Shown: positions 12,672-25,510 of the stretch, one piece after another
How the letters are laid out: every line of letters starts with the position of its first letter
Position numbering within the stretch: the stretch's first letter is position 1
Assembly (NCBI RefSeq): GCF_018350175.1
Contig: NC_058368.1
Coordinates: 23,190,001-23,254,000, forward strand
Reading direction: 5' to 3'
Length of the DNA: 64,000 nt
Origin: Felis catus
Lineage: Eukaryota
Notes under the pieces: generated by a model
Seen by the model: only the letters and a program-made list of their open reading frames with translations
The model's database searches: none
Told to the model about the DNA's origin: nothing
Program-made: the position numbers and the translations under genes

Positions 12672-14113
12672 CTGGAAAACAGAAGCACAGCACTGTATTC
12701 AATTTTAGTTACATAACTTATTATTTTTTTGCCATGAAATTCCTGCCTAGAAATTTCTAGTCTAAAGCAAAAAACAAAAAACCCTGTAATTGGCTCTTGC
12801 TTTCTAACAATCAATCAACAACCCTGCCTTTGGACATTCTCTTTATCTCAACTATAAAGTATCTGAAGTTATCTGAAGACCAAAAGGACTTCCTATTGAG
12901 AAAAAAAGAACATTTAGCCAATTCAGCACTAGTTCACGTGCCTGGCAACTGTATGCAATCAGGAGACAGTTAAGGATACAGTTAAGAGCACAGGCTTTGG
13001 AGTCAGCTAAACCTAATAAAAAGAAGTATTACTACTTTCCAACGGGGTTGTTGCAAGTGTATCAATAAGTGGATGATGTCTTTTCCTGCAGTCTCAGAAT
13101 TTTCGTTGAAGCCTTAAAATTCAGGACAATAGGCAATAAACACCTCAAATTCTAAAGAGTATGGCAAGAGAGCAAACAGATGCCATCGAAAGGCTTGCAA
13201 GTCTCTTGACCTTCACCCTACCCAGCCTACATAATAAGGAGATTTAGGGCAGGGAGGAAAGTTATGAATTTTCAAGCATAGTAGCAACGTTTCCCTTCAT
13301 CCTGATGAAAGGACAACTCTGCCTGAAGCCAAGTGAGAGGTGCTTCAAGAAAACTGATCACAGAGATTGAGTGTGATTCCCAAGGAGATACTGGTGTGTT
13401 CCTCCCCTGCTAAAGTCATATCGAGCTACAGAAACTCACAGGCCTGTGATTCAGAGTAGAGGTGGTACAAAGGTAAGAGCTCTTGGGCAAGTCTAAAGTG
13501 TGTCCCTCGGTGTTTAGGGATGTACGTGAATAGAGAAGCTGACGTTTATTCCCACTTTGAGAATCTGGAAAGCAGGAGACTGGCTACAGAAGCCCACCAT
13601 GAATGAGCAAGGAGAAAGGGTGACAGTGAGGGCATTACTCCCATTGTGAATTTTCTTCTGGGTCCAGTAGATGCTACAAGAGACTGCTGGGGATCCCAGC
13701 AGAAAGAAAAAGCAAGATGGTGTTCTAATAAGCAAGAGCTAAATCAGCCACCTATGTCTGAGAACTGTGCAGGAGAGACATCCTTGTGGGATTTCCAAAC
13801 AACCAACAGACATACCCTGAGGAAGAGGGCACAACACCCAGAGGGCACCAATGGATGGATCACAGCAGCACTAGTCATGTAAAAAGTTTGGCCCACCCTC
13901 TCCCTCCCCAACATCCTGGAGAGGGAAGGAAACCAGAAACAGTGAGAAAAGGAGGAGGTCTTCCTCCTCTCTCCTTTCCCCACTACAGACAAATGCTTGG
14001 AAGTGGATCATAATGACCAAACGTGATTTATTTTTCTAATCAAGTGACAGGAAAACTGTAGAATTTGCAGGAAATGTCAGAGAACAGCAGAAAAGGGAAA
14101 GACAACAGAAGGA

Positions 14114-14325
14114 GGGGTGCTTGGGTGGCTTAGTCAGTTAAGCCTCCAACTCTTGGTTTCCACTCAGGTCATGATCTCTTGGTTTTGTGGGTTTTAGCCC
14201 CATGTCAGGCTCTGCACTGGCAATGTGGAGCCTGCTTGGGATTCATTCTCTCTCCCTCTCTCTCTGCCCCTACCCCACTGGCAGTGTCTCTGCCTATCTC
14301 AAAATAAATAAGCTTAAAAAAAAAT
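14114..14325 (+). mobile_element. Carnivore SINE
   Basis: tRNA-derived head, CT tract, AATAAA/A tail. Confidence 0.9.
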
Positions 14326-14666
14326 TACAAAGACAAGGGAAGGAGAAAATAAAGCCATTTTCTATTTGTCTCCTCTCAAACTTAGCCCATTCAGTATACC
14401 AGTCATATAAAGATAAGTGAAAGCATATATGTGAAGAGCTTGGCATAATATCTAGCACTCAGTAAAAAGCTCATTAAAGGACAATTTTGCCTATTATCAT
14501 TGGATATCTGAGTAAAGATTCCAATACTTTATTGTGTTAGCATTAAGATATCTATCTCTAGCCATTGCAATTGACAAAGTACAATACAGTGTGTCCCTCT
14601 GGGCAATGTGACCCTTAACCTGGAAATTTTATTAGTTATTAACTGAAGGTTTATCTTAATTATCTA

Positions 14667-14888
14667 GGGGCACCTGGGTGGCTCAGTTGGTTAAGTGGCT
14701 GACTTCGGCTCAGGTCATGATCTTGCAGTTCATGAGATCAAGCCCCGCATCGGGCTCTGTGCTGACAGCTCGGAGCCTGGAGCCTGGAGCCTGCTCCGGA
14801 TTCTGTGTCTCCCTCTCTCTCTGCCCCTCCCCTGCTCGCACTCTGTCTCTCTCTCAAAAATAAACATGAAAAAAAAATTTTTAAATGT
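14667..14888 (+). mobile_element. Carnivore SINE with TSD
   Basis: TSD tttatcttaattatcta at 14650-14666 / 14889-14905. Confidence 0.92.
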
Positions 14889-16253
14889 TTTATCTTAATT
14901 ATCTAAAAATGATAAACTTGATGTTTTTTAAAATCCTGAAAACCATTTAAAAAATTCCATGTGCTAAAAGATCATAGGAATTCCATGTTTTATCAAAGAC
15001 AAAGTCTGATTAAAAGGCACCTGCATCAAGTCTCTAACTAGCACTTTATAACAAATAGGTAGATTACAAGAATATAGTCAGAATGTAAGAAATTCTAATG
15101 ACCCATACTCTTCAACATGGGATGGTAAAAAAAGGGAAAGAGGGATTACTGTTAGATTTGGAGACTTAAATTTATCAATCCCAAATTACAATCAATCCCA
15201 AAGTACAATCTTCCTTTGATCTTGATTGGTAGAAAACAATACATTTTCAAGACAAATGGGGAAAGTGGTACAGACTGACTATATCACAGGTTATTAAAGA
15301 ATTATCTTGTTAAGGTGTGAAAACGTATTTTCTTAAGGTGTGAAAATGGAGTTACATTTTTTAAAAAAGCCTATGACAGGTACATAACGAACTGTTTATG
15401 GGCGGTATAATAAATGTCCGCGTTTTCCTTCAGAAGAGTCTAGAAAACAAGGGATCTGTATGTCTGTTGGGATGGAGCAGTAAAGATGAAACAAGAACAA
15501 GCCAAGTAGTAAGTATATGAGGATTCACCAACTGTTTACTTTCATGTATGTTTGCACTTTCACACTAATGCAAAAACAAGCGCTGGCTCTGATCGCTTTA
15601 GATACTGTTCATCCACCGTTGACTTTAACCTATTCTCACTTCAGAACCCACCTTTTAGCAAAATCCCCGGCTTTCCGCACCATTGGGTAGATCTGACCCT
15701 TAACTGTCCAACTTCCTTTATCGGTCTGATCCGCCATCAAACACAGAATGCCACGTTAAAGAGTGCTCCGTCCAACCCCCCCACTGTATAGATGAAGACA
15801 CTGAGGCCCAGAGTTTCACTAGCCCATGTGCTTGGTCACGGCGCAGCCAAACCTGCGGGGGCAGGACACAGGCCGTCCATCCGTGTACGTTTAGTGCACA
15901 GCCCGAACCGTGCAAGTGCCTGAACTGCCACAACTGGGCTAGATCTTCATAAAGACCCACTTTCCGCCTCTTATATGTAAACATTAAGAAAAACACACCC
16001 TACACATCAGCCCGCAGGCGCGGATAGAAGGCTGCCGGCAGAAAAAGGACTGGGCTGGCGGGGCTCAGGCCGACCACAGACCCTTCGCCAGCCCTCCGCA
16101 GCTCAGCGCCCCCTCCCGGCCGGCGCTTGCACCCAGGAGCGCGGCGGCCCGAGGAGAGAACAGAGGAACGCGCGAGATGACGCAGCGTCGGAAAGACGCA
16201 ACGCACGGGGAGAGCTCGTCCTTCCCGTGCAAGTTTGGCTCTCCTTCGGTGGG

Positions 16254-16360
16254 CTCGGTGGTAGCTCACCCGAATTCCAAATGGCCCCCGGGGAGTTGAT
16301 AACTGCCTCGGTGGTTGCTCACCCGAATTCCAAATGGCCCCCGGGGAGTTGATAACTGCC
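16254..16360. repeat. 53-bp tandem duplication across the NUDT15 exon 1 / intron 1 junction
   Basis: Copies at 16254-16306 and 16307-16359 differ at one base (16263 a vs 16316 t). Confidence 0.95.
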
Positions 16361-16480
16361 GGCTCCTATAATCCCTTTCCTCTTCCCCAGGAGGACGCAA
16401 CGAGGATGCTTGCTGCTAGTCACCACTACTCCTACCGCGACTCCAAGCCGCCTACCCTGCGGCTCCGCGCGGGCCGTCAT
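16323..16480 (-). CDS. NUDT15: Nudix hydrolase 15, coding exon 1
   Basis: ATG at 16480; [52 protein letters not shown](G); donor GG|GTGAGC; 158+197+140=495 nt = 164 aa plus stop. Confidence 0.97.
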
Positions 16481-17160
16481 AGCGCGCGAGACCCGGCAGA
16501 GGCTGCGGGAAGTGACGTTCGCTCCGCCCCATGGGCCACGACCAGTGTCGCTGAGCCTGCGCGGGTCCCTGAAATCAAAGCCCGAGTCCCTGGGACGTAA
16601 CCTTCGTGCGTGGTGTCTCTGCCTCACGTGGGGATCCCAGCTTGAGAAGTGTCGCGTTGCCTACCCCAGGACTGCCCGTCAAGGTTTCGTTTTAAGTAAT
16701 GCCACTTACTGTTGTACTTTCAACGTTTATTATTCTCTATTCTCAGATTTCTCCATCATGCGTTTACCAGCCACACGCTTTTATAAACCTCTGGGCCTTT
16801 GCACTTCCCATTTCTTTGTGTTTGGGTGAACTTCACCACCACAGTAAATTAATTCTAATTATAACTCCAGTCAGTGTTGGACCAGGACAAGGACGGATAG
16901 TATAGAAACAACCTAGTATAAATAATTGAGAGTATTAACACAACATGGGAAAAAATTAAGGACAAACAATAAATTGTGCTGGAAGGAGCTAGATATTTGA
17001 GAGGAAAGAGAGCCACTGTTCCAGTTGTTTGCACACCATGCACTGGCAAAATAATCCCACCTGAAACAGGATTGTAATGAAAGTGAACTAAAAACGAGCA
17101 AATAACTAGACTTCGGATGGGGAGCATTTAATTTTTTTTTCATTAAAATAAATTAAGTTT

Positions 17161-17372
17161 GGGGAGCCTGGGTGGCTCAGTTTGTTGGGCGTCCGACTTC
17201 GGCTCAGGTCATGATCTCGCAGCCTGTGAGTTCAAACCCGGTGTCAGGCTCTGTGCTGACAGCTCAGAGCCTGGAGCCTGCTTCAGATTCTGTGTCCCTC
17301 TCGCTCAGCCCTTCACCCGCTCATGCTCTGTCTCCCTCTAAGAATAAGTAAAACATTAAAAAAAATTAAAAT
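17161..17372 (+). mobile_element. Carnivore SINE
   Basis: Head ggggagcctgggtggctcag with A-rich tail. Confidence 0.9.
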
Positions 17373-17939
17373 AAGTTTTACTTCTACCAAAATAATGTAC
17401 ATATAATTTAAAAAGTCAAATGGTAGAAAATGAAGTAAGGATGGGTAGGGAAAACTTTACCCACTAGTACTCCTTTCATTCACTTTTAGCTCTTTGAACT
17501 ATTATTTCTGACATTTACCTTTGTATTTCAAAGTAATAAGCTTATTATTTATGTTCAGGTGAGTGACTAAACACTTGTACAGCATCTGTCCTTCCACCCA
17601 CAAATGCATCCTTTAATAAGTTAGGTATCAGAAAGATATTCTGTAATATTTTCCCAAATAAAAATTGGCAACATATAGAAAGGATAATATGTCACCACTG
17701 GACAAGGGTAAAATACAGGGTGGGCTTAATATTTGAAAAATCAATCAATGTAATTTACTGTGTTAAAAGAGAGAAAGAGGAAACACATATAATCATCCTA
17801 ATAGATGCAGAAAAAAAACTTGAGAAAATTCAAGACTTATTTATGATTTTAAAAAGATTTAAGCAAAAAAATTTAAAAGAATTTTAACAACCTGACAATA
17901 GGGTATCTACAAAGACCTACAACTAACATATTTAATAGT

Positions 17940-18316
17940 TGTTATGGTCTCAGTTAGGTCCCCCCACTAAATTTGTCTGTTGGAGTCCTAACCCCCAGTA
18001 CCTCAGATTATAGCTGTATTCAGAGACAGGGCCTTTAAAGAGGTAATTGAGTTAAAATGAGGTCATTAGGGTGACTCCTAATCCAATATGACTGGTGTCC
18101 TTAAAGAAAAGGAGATTAAGGCACAAACACAGACAGAGGAAAAAACATGTAAAAACACAGGGAGAAGACAGGCTAAGAAGAGAGGCCTCAGGAAAAGCCA
18201 GTCCCACTGACATCTTGATCTTAGACTTCTAGACTCCAGAATTGTGTGAAAATACATGTTATTTAAGCCAGTTAGGCTGGGGTACTTCCTTATGGCAGCC
18301 CTAGCTGTCTAATACA
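17940..18316 (+). mobile_element. MLT1-type MaLR LTR
   Basis: tgttatggt...gtcctaacccccagtacctcaga...ttatggcagccctagctgtctaataca. Confidence 0.85.
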
Positions 18317-18549
18317 TTGGTGAAAGACTAAGATTTGAAAGAAGCAAGGATATCACTTTAAGTCATCACATTGCTGGAGATTCTAGTAAGTGCAACCAAT
18401 AAAATCAAGAAATATCAGTAAAAGCCTGTTAAATCAGGAAGGAAGAAGTAACTGTCTCCATTCACAGACAATCCTGAGAAGTCCACAAAAAAGCTACTGA
18501 AACAAATTTAGCAAGTTTCTAGGATTCAAATCAATTATATTTCGATATA

Positions 18550-18820
18550 TGGGTAGTCCCAATTTACGATGGTTCTATTTATGATTTTTTTTTACTTTAT
18601 GATGGTGTAAAAGCAATACACAATCAGTAGAAACCATGATTTGAATTTAGAATTCCGATGTTTTCCCAGGGTGGTGGCATGGCATGTGGGCAGCAGGTTG
18701 TGATGCTGGGCAGCAGTAGTGAGCCGTCGGTGCCAGTACCCATGCAACCATTCTGTTTTCCACTCAGTACAGCATTCAGTAAATTACATGAGGTATTCAA
18801 TGCCTCATTATAAAATAAGT
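18550..18820 (-). mobile_element. MER47/Tigger-type DNA transposon fragment
   Basis: tcccaatttacgatggttctatttatgattttt...aaattacatgaggtattcaa resembles reverse-complemented MER47. Confidence 0.6.
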
Positions 18821-19011
18821 AAATAATAAATAATATTTAATAAATTCAGAAACTGAGTTCAAAACCAATATCCTAGAAAATATAAAATACTAGGGGATAA
18901 ACCCGGCAAAAGATGTGCAAAACCTGTATACCGAAAACTATTGAAAATCACTGAGGGAAATTAAATAAAAGGAGGAAAATACGTGGTCATGGACCAGAAG
19001 TCTCCATATTG

Positions 19012-19205
19012 GTTTTTTTTAAGTTAATTTATTTATTTTGAGAGAACACACACCAGTGGGGGAGGGGCAGAGAAAGGGAGAGAGAGAGGATCCCAAGCAG
19101 GTTCCGTGCTGTCAGCACAGAGCCCGATGCAGGGCTTGAACCATGAGACCATGAGCTGAAATCAAGAGTCAGATGCCTATCGAACTGAGCCCTATGGGTG
19201 CCCCA
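19012..19205 (-). mobile_element. Carnivore SINE
   Basis: T tract, GA tract and reverse head ending gggtgcccc; flanked by ctccatattg repeats. Confidence 0.88.
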
Positions 19206-19764
19206 GAGGACTCCATATTGTTAATCTGACAAATCTCTTCAAATTAATTTATATGGATTCAATGATACCCCAACCAAAATTCCAGGAGGCTTTTTTTTCC
19301 CCCAGTAGAAATGGACTGATTTTAAATTTTATTTAGAAATGCAAAGGAATAGAATAATCAAAACAAGTTTTAAAAAGGAGAAATTTGAAGGATTCTTACT
19401 ACCTGATTTCAAGACCGAGGATAAAGCCACACTAATTTAAAAAATATGGTATTTATAAAAGCATAGACACATAAATCAATGGACAGAATGGAGAGGCCAG
19501 AAATAGGCCTTTTTTAACAGATGGTGTTAGAACAACAACAAAGGATCATTTAATTTATACTTGGTGCCACGTATAACAAACAGGTCATTCATAAAAGACT
19601 ATTCCTAAATGAAAACACCTAAAAGTATATATTTTCTATAAAAAAATATAAGAGCATATCTTTGTGATCTGGGTAGACATAGATTTGTTAGATATGACAC
19701 CAAAGGTCTGATCTGTTAAAAAAAATTGATAATTTGGACTTAACTCACTCTCTTTGAGAGACAC

Positions 19765-20106
19765 TATTATGGACTGAATTGTATTTCACCCCTCCCCAAC
19801 TTTATATGTTGAAGTCGAACCCCCAAATATATTTGATTACGGGGACTTTGGGATTTAGATGAGGTCATAAAGGTGAGATCCTCATGATGGGATCAGTGCC
19901 TTTATCAGAGACCAGAGAGCTGATGGACATGTGAGGACATAAGAAGAAGGTGACTGCACACTGGAAAGATGGCTCTCACAAGAATCTGCTGGCACCTTGA
20001 TCTTGGACTTCACAGCCTCCAGGACTGTTAGAAACAAATGTCTGTTGTTTAAGACACCCAGCGCATGGTAGATATTTGATTTTAGAAGCCTGAGGTAACT
20101 AAGACA
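19765..20106 (+). mobile_element. MLT1A-type MaLR LTR
   Basis: tattatggactgaattgt...ctgctggcaccttgatcttggactt...aactaagaca. Confidence 0.8.
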
Positions 20107-20387
20107 TACAGTATTTTTAAAAATGAAAAGATAAGCTGCAGACTTTGGAGAAAAATTTGCAAATCACATTTCTGACAAAGGATTTGGATCTAGAATATGT
20201 AAGGAATCCTCAAGACCAAAAACAATAAAGCTAACAACCCGATAAATAAATGGGCAAAATGATTGAGCTGAGATTTCACCAAAAAGAGATATGAGTGGCA
20301 AATAAACACATATAAATATGTGCAACATAATGAGTCATTAAAAATTTAAACTACACTGAGGCACCTGTATAGATCTACTGGAATGAA

Positions 20388-20434
<47 letters not shown>

Positions 20435-20493
20435 AAAACTGGTAATACCAAGTGCTGGCAGTCCAGTTAGAATTCTCATACATTGTTGGCAGG

Positions 20494-21083
20494 GGATCTG
20501 GGAAACAAAAGCAAAAGAAAAAAATTAAATTTCCTTACTGCCTACAGCCCACTGACAAGTCCTTGAAACAGGCAGAGTGGCATTCCTCTAGGAACTCAGA
20601 TGCCTCAGTGATGATACTTTGCTAAGGGGCCAAAGGGAACCTTAGCTTAACATTATCCCCAGCTCCGGGATCCTGTAAGTCTATGACATATAAAAATTCC
20701 TTTGGAAACTTGCTTTATCTCTACCCCCTCAAGATCTATGTTAGCAATCATCCTCCAAGAATATGGCCTGCTGATACACATCTGAAGGGTCTCATTACTC
20801 AGCTTTTACTAATCATTAATAAATGACCTTTTGCTAACAATAGTTAGCCCTCTCAAGGTCCTGGGAACCTTGCTTCCAAAATTCCTTAGAGATTTAATAC
20901 TATCCATATCCCCCTCCCAACTTCAAAGTGTATAATCAGTCACCCCTCACAACCCCAGTGCAGCTCTTTCTGCCCATGCGTCCTGTCCCTGCACTTTAAT
21001 AAAACCACCTTTTTGTAACAAAGAGGTCTCAAGAATTCTTTCTTGGTCATCGGCTCTAAACCCCAACATTTATTTCCACATCA
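20494..21083 (+). mobile_element. ERV solo LTR, copy 1
   Basis: Collinear with copy 2; TATA-like tataat, AATAAA near 20998, ends ...cacatca; interrupts L1 sequence. Confidence 0.8.
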
Positions 21084-22322
21084 GTGGGAATGCAAAGTGG
21101 TACAGCCACTTTGGAAAGCAATTTACTATTTTGTATAATGTTAAGCATAGGTTTATCCTACAACTGAGCAATCCCATTCTTAGAAACTTACCCAGAAGAA
21201 ATGAAAACTTATGTTCAAAGACCTATATGCAAATATTATAGTGGCTTTATTCATAATTATCAAAAACTGGAAATAATTCAAATGGTCTTCTATTGGCAAA
21301 TGGATAAATCAGCTGTAGTACATTCATACAATGTAGTAAGTTCGTACAATAGAAAACTACTCAGCAATATAAAGGAATAAACTTCTGATACATTTAACAT
21401 GGATAAATTTACATTATATTAAGTGAAAGAAATCAGATATAAAGAACTGCCATGTATATGATTTCATTTATGTGACACTCTAGAACAGATGGAACTACAG
21501 ACATAGCAAACAGGTCAGTTTTTCCTGGGGCTGAGCTTGTGAAGGGGCTGACTATAAGGGCACAAGGGATGTTTATGGATGAAGGAACTGTTCTATATTT
21601 TGATTGTGGCAGCGGTAACATGACCATGTGTTTGTTAAAACTCATAGAACTATGCACTGAAATGAATTTTACTATATGTATATTACACCTCAATAAATCT
21701 GACTTTGAAAAAAGAAACCAAAAAAGAAAAATGCAATATGAACTTGTAGAAAGAAAAAGTTGAGTTGCAATTCAGCGGTGCAGAGGTTCAAGGCAGCACA
21801 GAGCTAAACTGCTCTATTTACCAATGTCAAAAGTTGTCATCCTTGTGTGTGGAGCTGTTTTCTGAAGATTGTAGTGTTTCCTGGAAGCTAGTCTTAGGCT
21901 GGAGCCTGAGCTGGGGGAAGGGGAGGGGTGGGTATGTTCTAGGTCACGCATTCCTGTTAAGGAGAGTAGGCCACTCCTAACACGTAGTAGGAAGTCAGGG
22001 GCTAAAGGAGTGGTAGGTGAGGACAGCCTGTGATATTCAGAAGTCACATTTAGTAGCCAGTTTAAAGTTTTCTCTTTTGGGTTTATAATTTCATTTTACC
22101 ATCCTGAAGCCTTCAATAAAGTCTGGTTGTATGTCACAGCCTGGTCTTGCCTACACTTTGAAGAATCTTGTAAAGATGTGAAAAAAGAATAGCATCAGCC
22201 CAGAGAAGCACTAAGGTCAAGGAGAATGTCTTTGATCTTGGTGTCCTGGGGACTCAGAGCAGTGACTCACCTGTAAGTGCCCTATAGACGAATACTTAAA
22301 CAGAAGCTTCTCTCCTCATTAC

Positions 22323-22900
22323 TGATGTGGAGAACCAACAGCAAAAGAAAAAAAAAATTAGATTTTCTTATAACTTACAGCCCATTGACAAGTATGTGGG
22401 ACAGGCAGGGTAACCTTCCTCTGGGAACTCAATTGCTTCGATGTTAATACATTGCTAGAGAGAGGCAAAAGGGAACCTTAGCCTGACCTTAGCCTGATTT
22501 CCAGGTTCCTGTAAGTTTACTTAAACGTGTGATAATCCCTTTGGAAACTTCCTTTATCTCTGCCCCTTACCCTCCCAAGATACATGTTAGCAATTATCCT
22601 TCAAACATATGGCCCACTGATACATATCTGAAGGGTCTCATGACTAAGGTTTTACTAGACAGTAGTAAACGACCTTTCCCCAACAGCAGCTAGCCCCTCA
22701 TGGTCCTAGAAACCCTTCTTCCAAATTCCTCCTCCCAACTTGAAAGTATAGAATCAGCCACTTTTCACAACTTCGGTGCAGCTCTTTCTGCTCATAAGTC
22801 TTGTCCCCATGTTTTAATAAAACCACCATTTTTCACCAAAGAGTTCTCAAGAATTCTTCCTTGACCATTATTAGCTCCCAAACTGCAACATTTCACGTCA
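22323..22900 (+). mobile_element. ERV solo LTR, copy 2 (same family)
   Basis: TGATG...CGTCA termini; 5-bp TSD attac/attat; AATAAA near 22816. Confidence 0.82.
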
Positions 22901-24586
22901 ATTATCAGTATAACAAAATAATTTCAGTGTATTTGAGCAAACTAGAAAACAGTTTTCCCTGACACATTTATGCTGTATGTAAAACAGTGGCATGATCCAC
23001 ATGAAATACAAATAGTTATGACGGGAAAAAGACACCATTCATATGTTTATGAATCACACAAAACAAGTGTAAATCAACCCACTTAGTTGATACTTAAGTC
23101 TTTTCTAGAGAATCCACAATTCCCTTTTGGAGAGTTCCCTACTCGTTGAACAGGGTATACTAGTAGTTATTGAAGCGTGAGAACCTAACACAGCTTCTTA
23201 TTGCCACATCTCCTTCCTAGTTTATCCAGATTCCCAGCTGAAGGGTAGGTAGCCAGACACACAAGGGCCCTTCCCCTGCCGGATTCCAGGACTTTACCAG
23301 GAGAGGACTGTTTCCCTCGCAGCCTGATCCGTGTTTGATATTCAGAGTTGTAAATAACTCAAGAACCCACCTTATGGTTTTATGTAGTATGGCATTGTAT
23401 GCATTATAGCAGAATCACAATTTAATTCACATCATAACTCAGATGTACAAAAATAATGACTCTCTTTCTCTCTTCCTCCTTCCTTCCTTCCTTCCCTCCT
23501 TCCAATTTTTTCTCCCCAAATTCTTTGTCATTAGTTGGGATATGGGTCTGTAGAGAATTTATTAAATATTCAATCTGGTTCAAAAGAGTCCAGTCTAATA
23601 ATTTAGTCAGGCCCCTTAAATCACATTCAGTCTCTCTTGGCCTTTCAGTCACCTTTCTCCTCCTTATTTTTGCTTAAGATGTCCAGATGTATGAAGTTGA
23701 TATAGGTGGCTTGTAACACTTTTGGAAGACAGTTTCCTTGAATCTATGTAGGCTTAACATGTGCCTAGGGATCTGGCAGGCAGGAAATGTGGAGTCCCCA
23801 CGTAACAACCAAAGTTGGCTATTAGCCAACCTCTGCCTGACTATACCATGTTACCAAGTGTGTTCTGCTTCAGGAGACTCTCTAAGAGGCGATATCCTCT
23901 CAGAGCCTCAAAATGGAAGGGTGACAAGGCTGGGGCAGAACAAAAGAATCTTCTTCTGCCTTCAATACTGCCCTTGCTCATCTATGAGCCTTCCTTTTCC
24001 AGGCTGAAGATCACAGAAAAGAAAAACTGACGTTTCACTCACCTCTTGCCTCTCTATTTACAACTATCCTTAAGGGCAGGGCAGGTCAGAGTAGCCTGGA
24101 CTTGTTCTTATAGTGGCACGATTCAGGAACAGCAAAAGGGCAAGCCCCAGTGTGCACACCTCTGCTTGTCACATTTGTTAATGTCTCATTGGCCGAAGCA
24201 AGTCACGTGGCCAACTCAGATTTAAGAGCGGAGCAATAGTTTCTGCTTCTTGATGGGAAGATCTGCCATGTTCCATTGCAAAGTATGGATGCAGGGAGCA
24301 GAAGAATTTGTGGCCATTTTTACAAACTATCACAGAGATCTTGGATCCATTAGCCAACCACAGTTTTCTCTTAAAATGAGAGTGATGAGTATCTATAATA
24401 GCTTAGAGGGTTATGAAAAGACTTAAATGGGACACCGTAAGTAGAAGGTCTAGTGTAGTGTATGCCCCATAGCAGGCATTCTCTGGTAGTTATCCCCTAA
24501 GCAACTAAGGATACAATGTCTTTCGTCTTCACTGCATTTTTCCAGTGCTTACCACCATAGTAATTGCTCAGTAAGTGAATGCACTT

Positions 24587-25030
24587 TGTGATAGATTGCA
24601 TTATTATTCCCAAATATTCACTGACCCCCTTCCCTACAAAAAATGATTGCATATCCCTACCCATTGCCGTGTGATTTGTGGCACATCCTTGGAAGGAATA
24701 TAAGTCTCTGGCTTATTATTAGGTTTAGCCATTTCACTTCCTTTAACGAGAGAGAGATTACAATATGCCAGCTCTTAGCAGAAGCTTTAAGAGCCATTGC
24801 TATTTCCCACAAGGTCAACATTTTTGTCTGCTGTAAGAATGTCATATCCAGATGGGAATTGTTCCTTCAATCTGGGTCCTAGAATGAGAGGAAATATGGA
24901 GCAGAGTTGCAGCCAATGTGAAACCCCTGACATGGAACATGAATGAGAAATAAACTACTGTTGTAAGCCATTGAGATGTTGGGGGGCTGTTTGTTACTGC
25001 AGCATAGTCTAGCTAAAGCAGACAAATACA
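24587..25030 (+). mobile_element. Old MLT1-type LTR
   Basis: tgtgatagattgcatt...gagaaataaactactgttgtaagccattgaga...ctaaagcagacaaataca. Confidence 0.7.
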
Positions 25031-25510
25031 CATTTCTAGTTCTTAGTTGTGTTGAAAGAAAGCATATATCCTTGTAGATGCTTCAGGTAAGGGACAATTA
25101 TGTTTAAAAGTTTCTCATCTAGTTTCAAAGTAATATCCCTCTGAGACAATTAGACAATAAGAGTTACCTCTACTTTAGTAGCTTGCCATGCTGATTTCCT
25201 AAAATGTGTCTTCCTCCCATTATAGTAGCAAGCTTTCTTGCAGCCTTGAATTTTCCTCTAATATAATATAGATGGTGTTTTGTGATAAGTATCAATAGTA
25301 AGTCGCTAATACCTGGTGATTTGCATGTTATCTGTTTTCCCAACAGCTTTCATTTTATTAAATTTACTAGGTATTGATTCTTCACAATTACGGTGCCACT
25401 GCTAAAAGTACCTCTGGAACCTTTAATACCTTTAGTGCATATTGTTATTGGATGTTGCTGCTCCCAGGCCTCCCTGGTGGACAGCACATGCAAACACACA
25501 TATTTATACC

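Larger units (their letters stand above)
15830..16690. promoter_or_regulatory. CpG island / NUDT15 promoter
   Basis: GC- and CpG-rich over exon 1; ETS-CRE-like GGAAGTGACGT at 16508-16518 and GC box ccgccc at 16524-16529. Confidence 0.85.
17660..21720 (+). mobile_element. Old fragmented L1 (L1M type) interrupted by younger insertions
   Basis: Decayed ORF2-like blocks (atagatgcagaaaaa; aaatcaatggacagaatggagag; tacagccactttggaaagca) and a 3' UTR ending in ctcaataaa near 21690. Confidence 0.8.

Noticed and set aside
16481..16627. Apparent N-terminal extension of NUDT15 in the ORF track
   Set aside because: It starts at a non-ATG codon in GC-rich promoter DNA; the ATG at 16480 gives the expected 164 aa.
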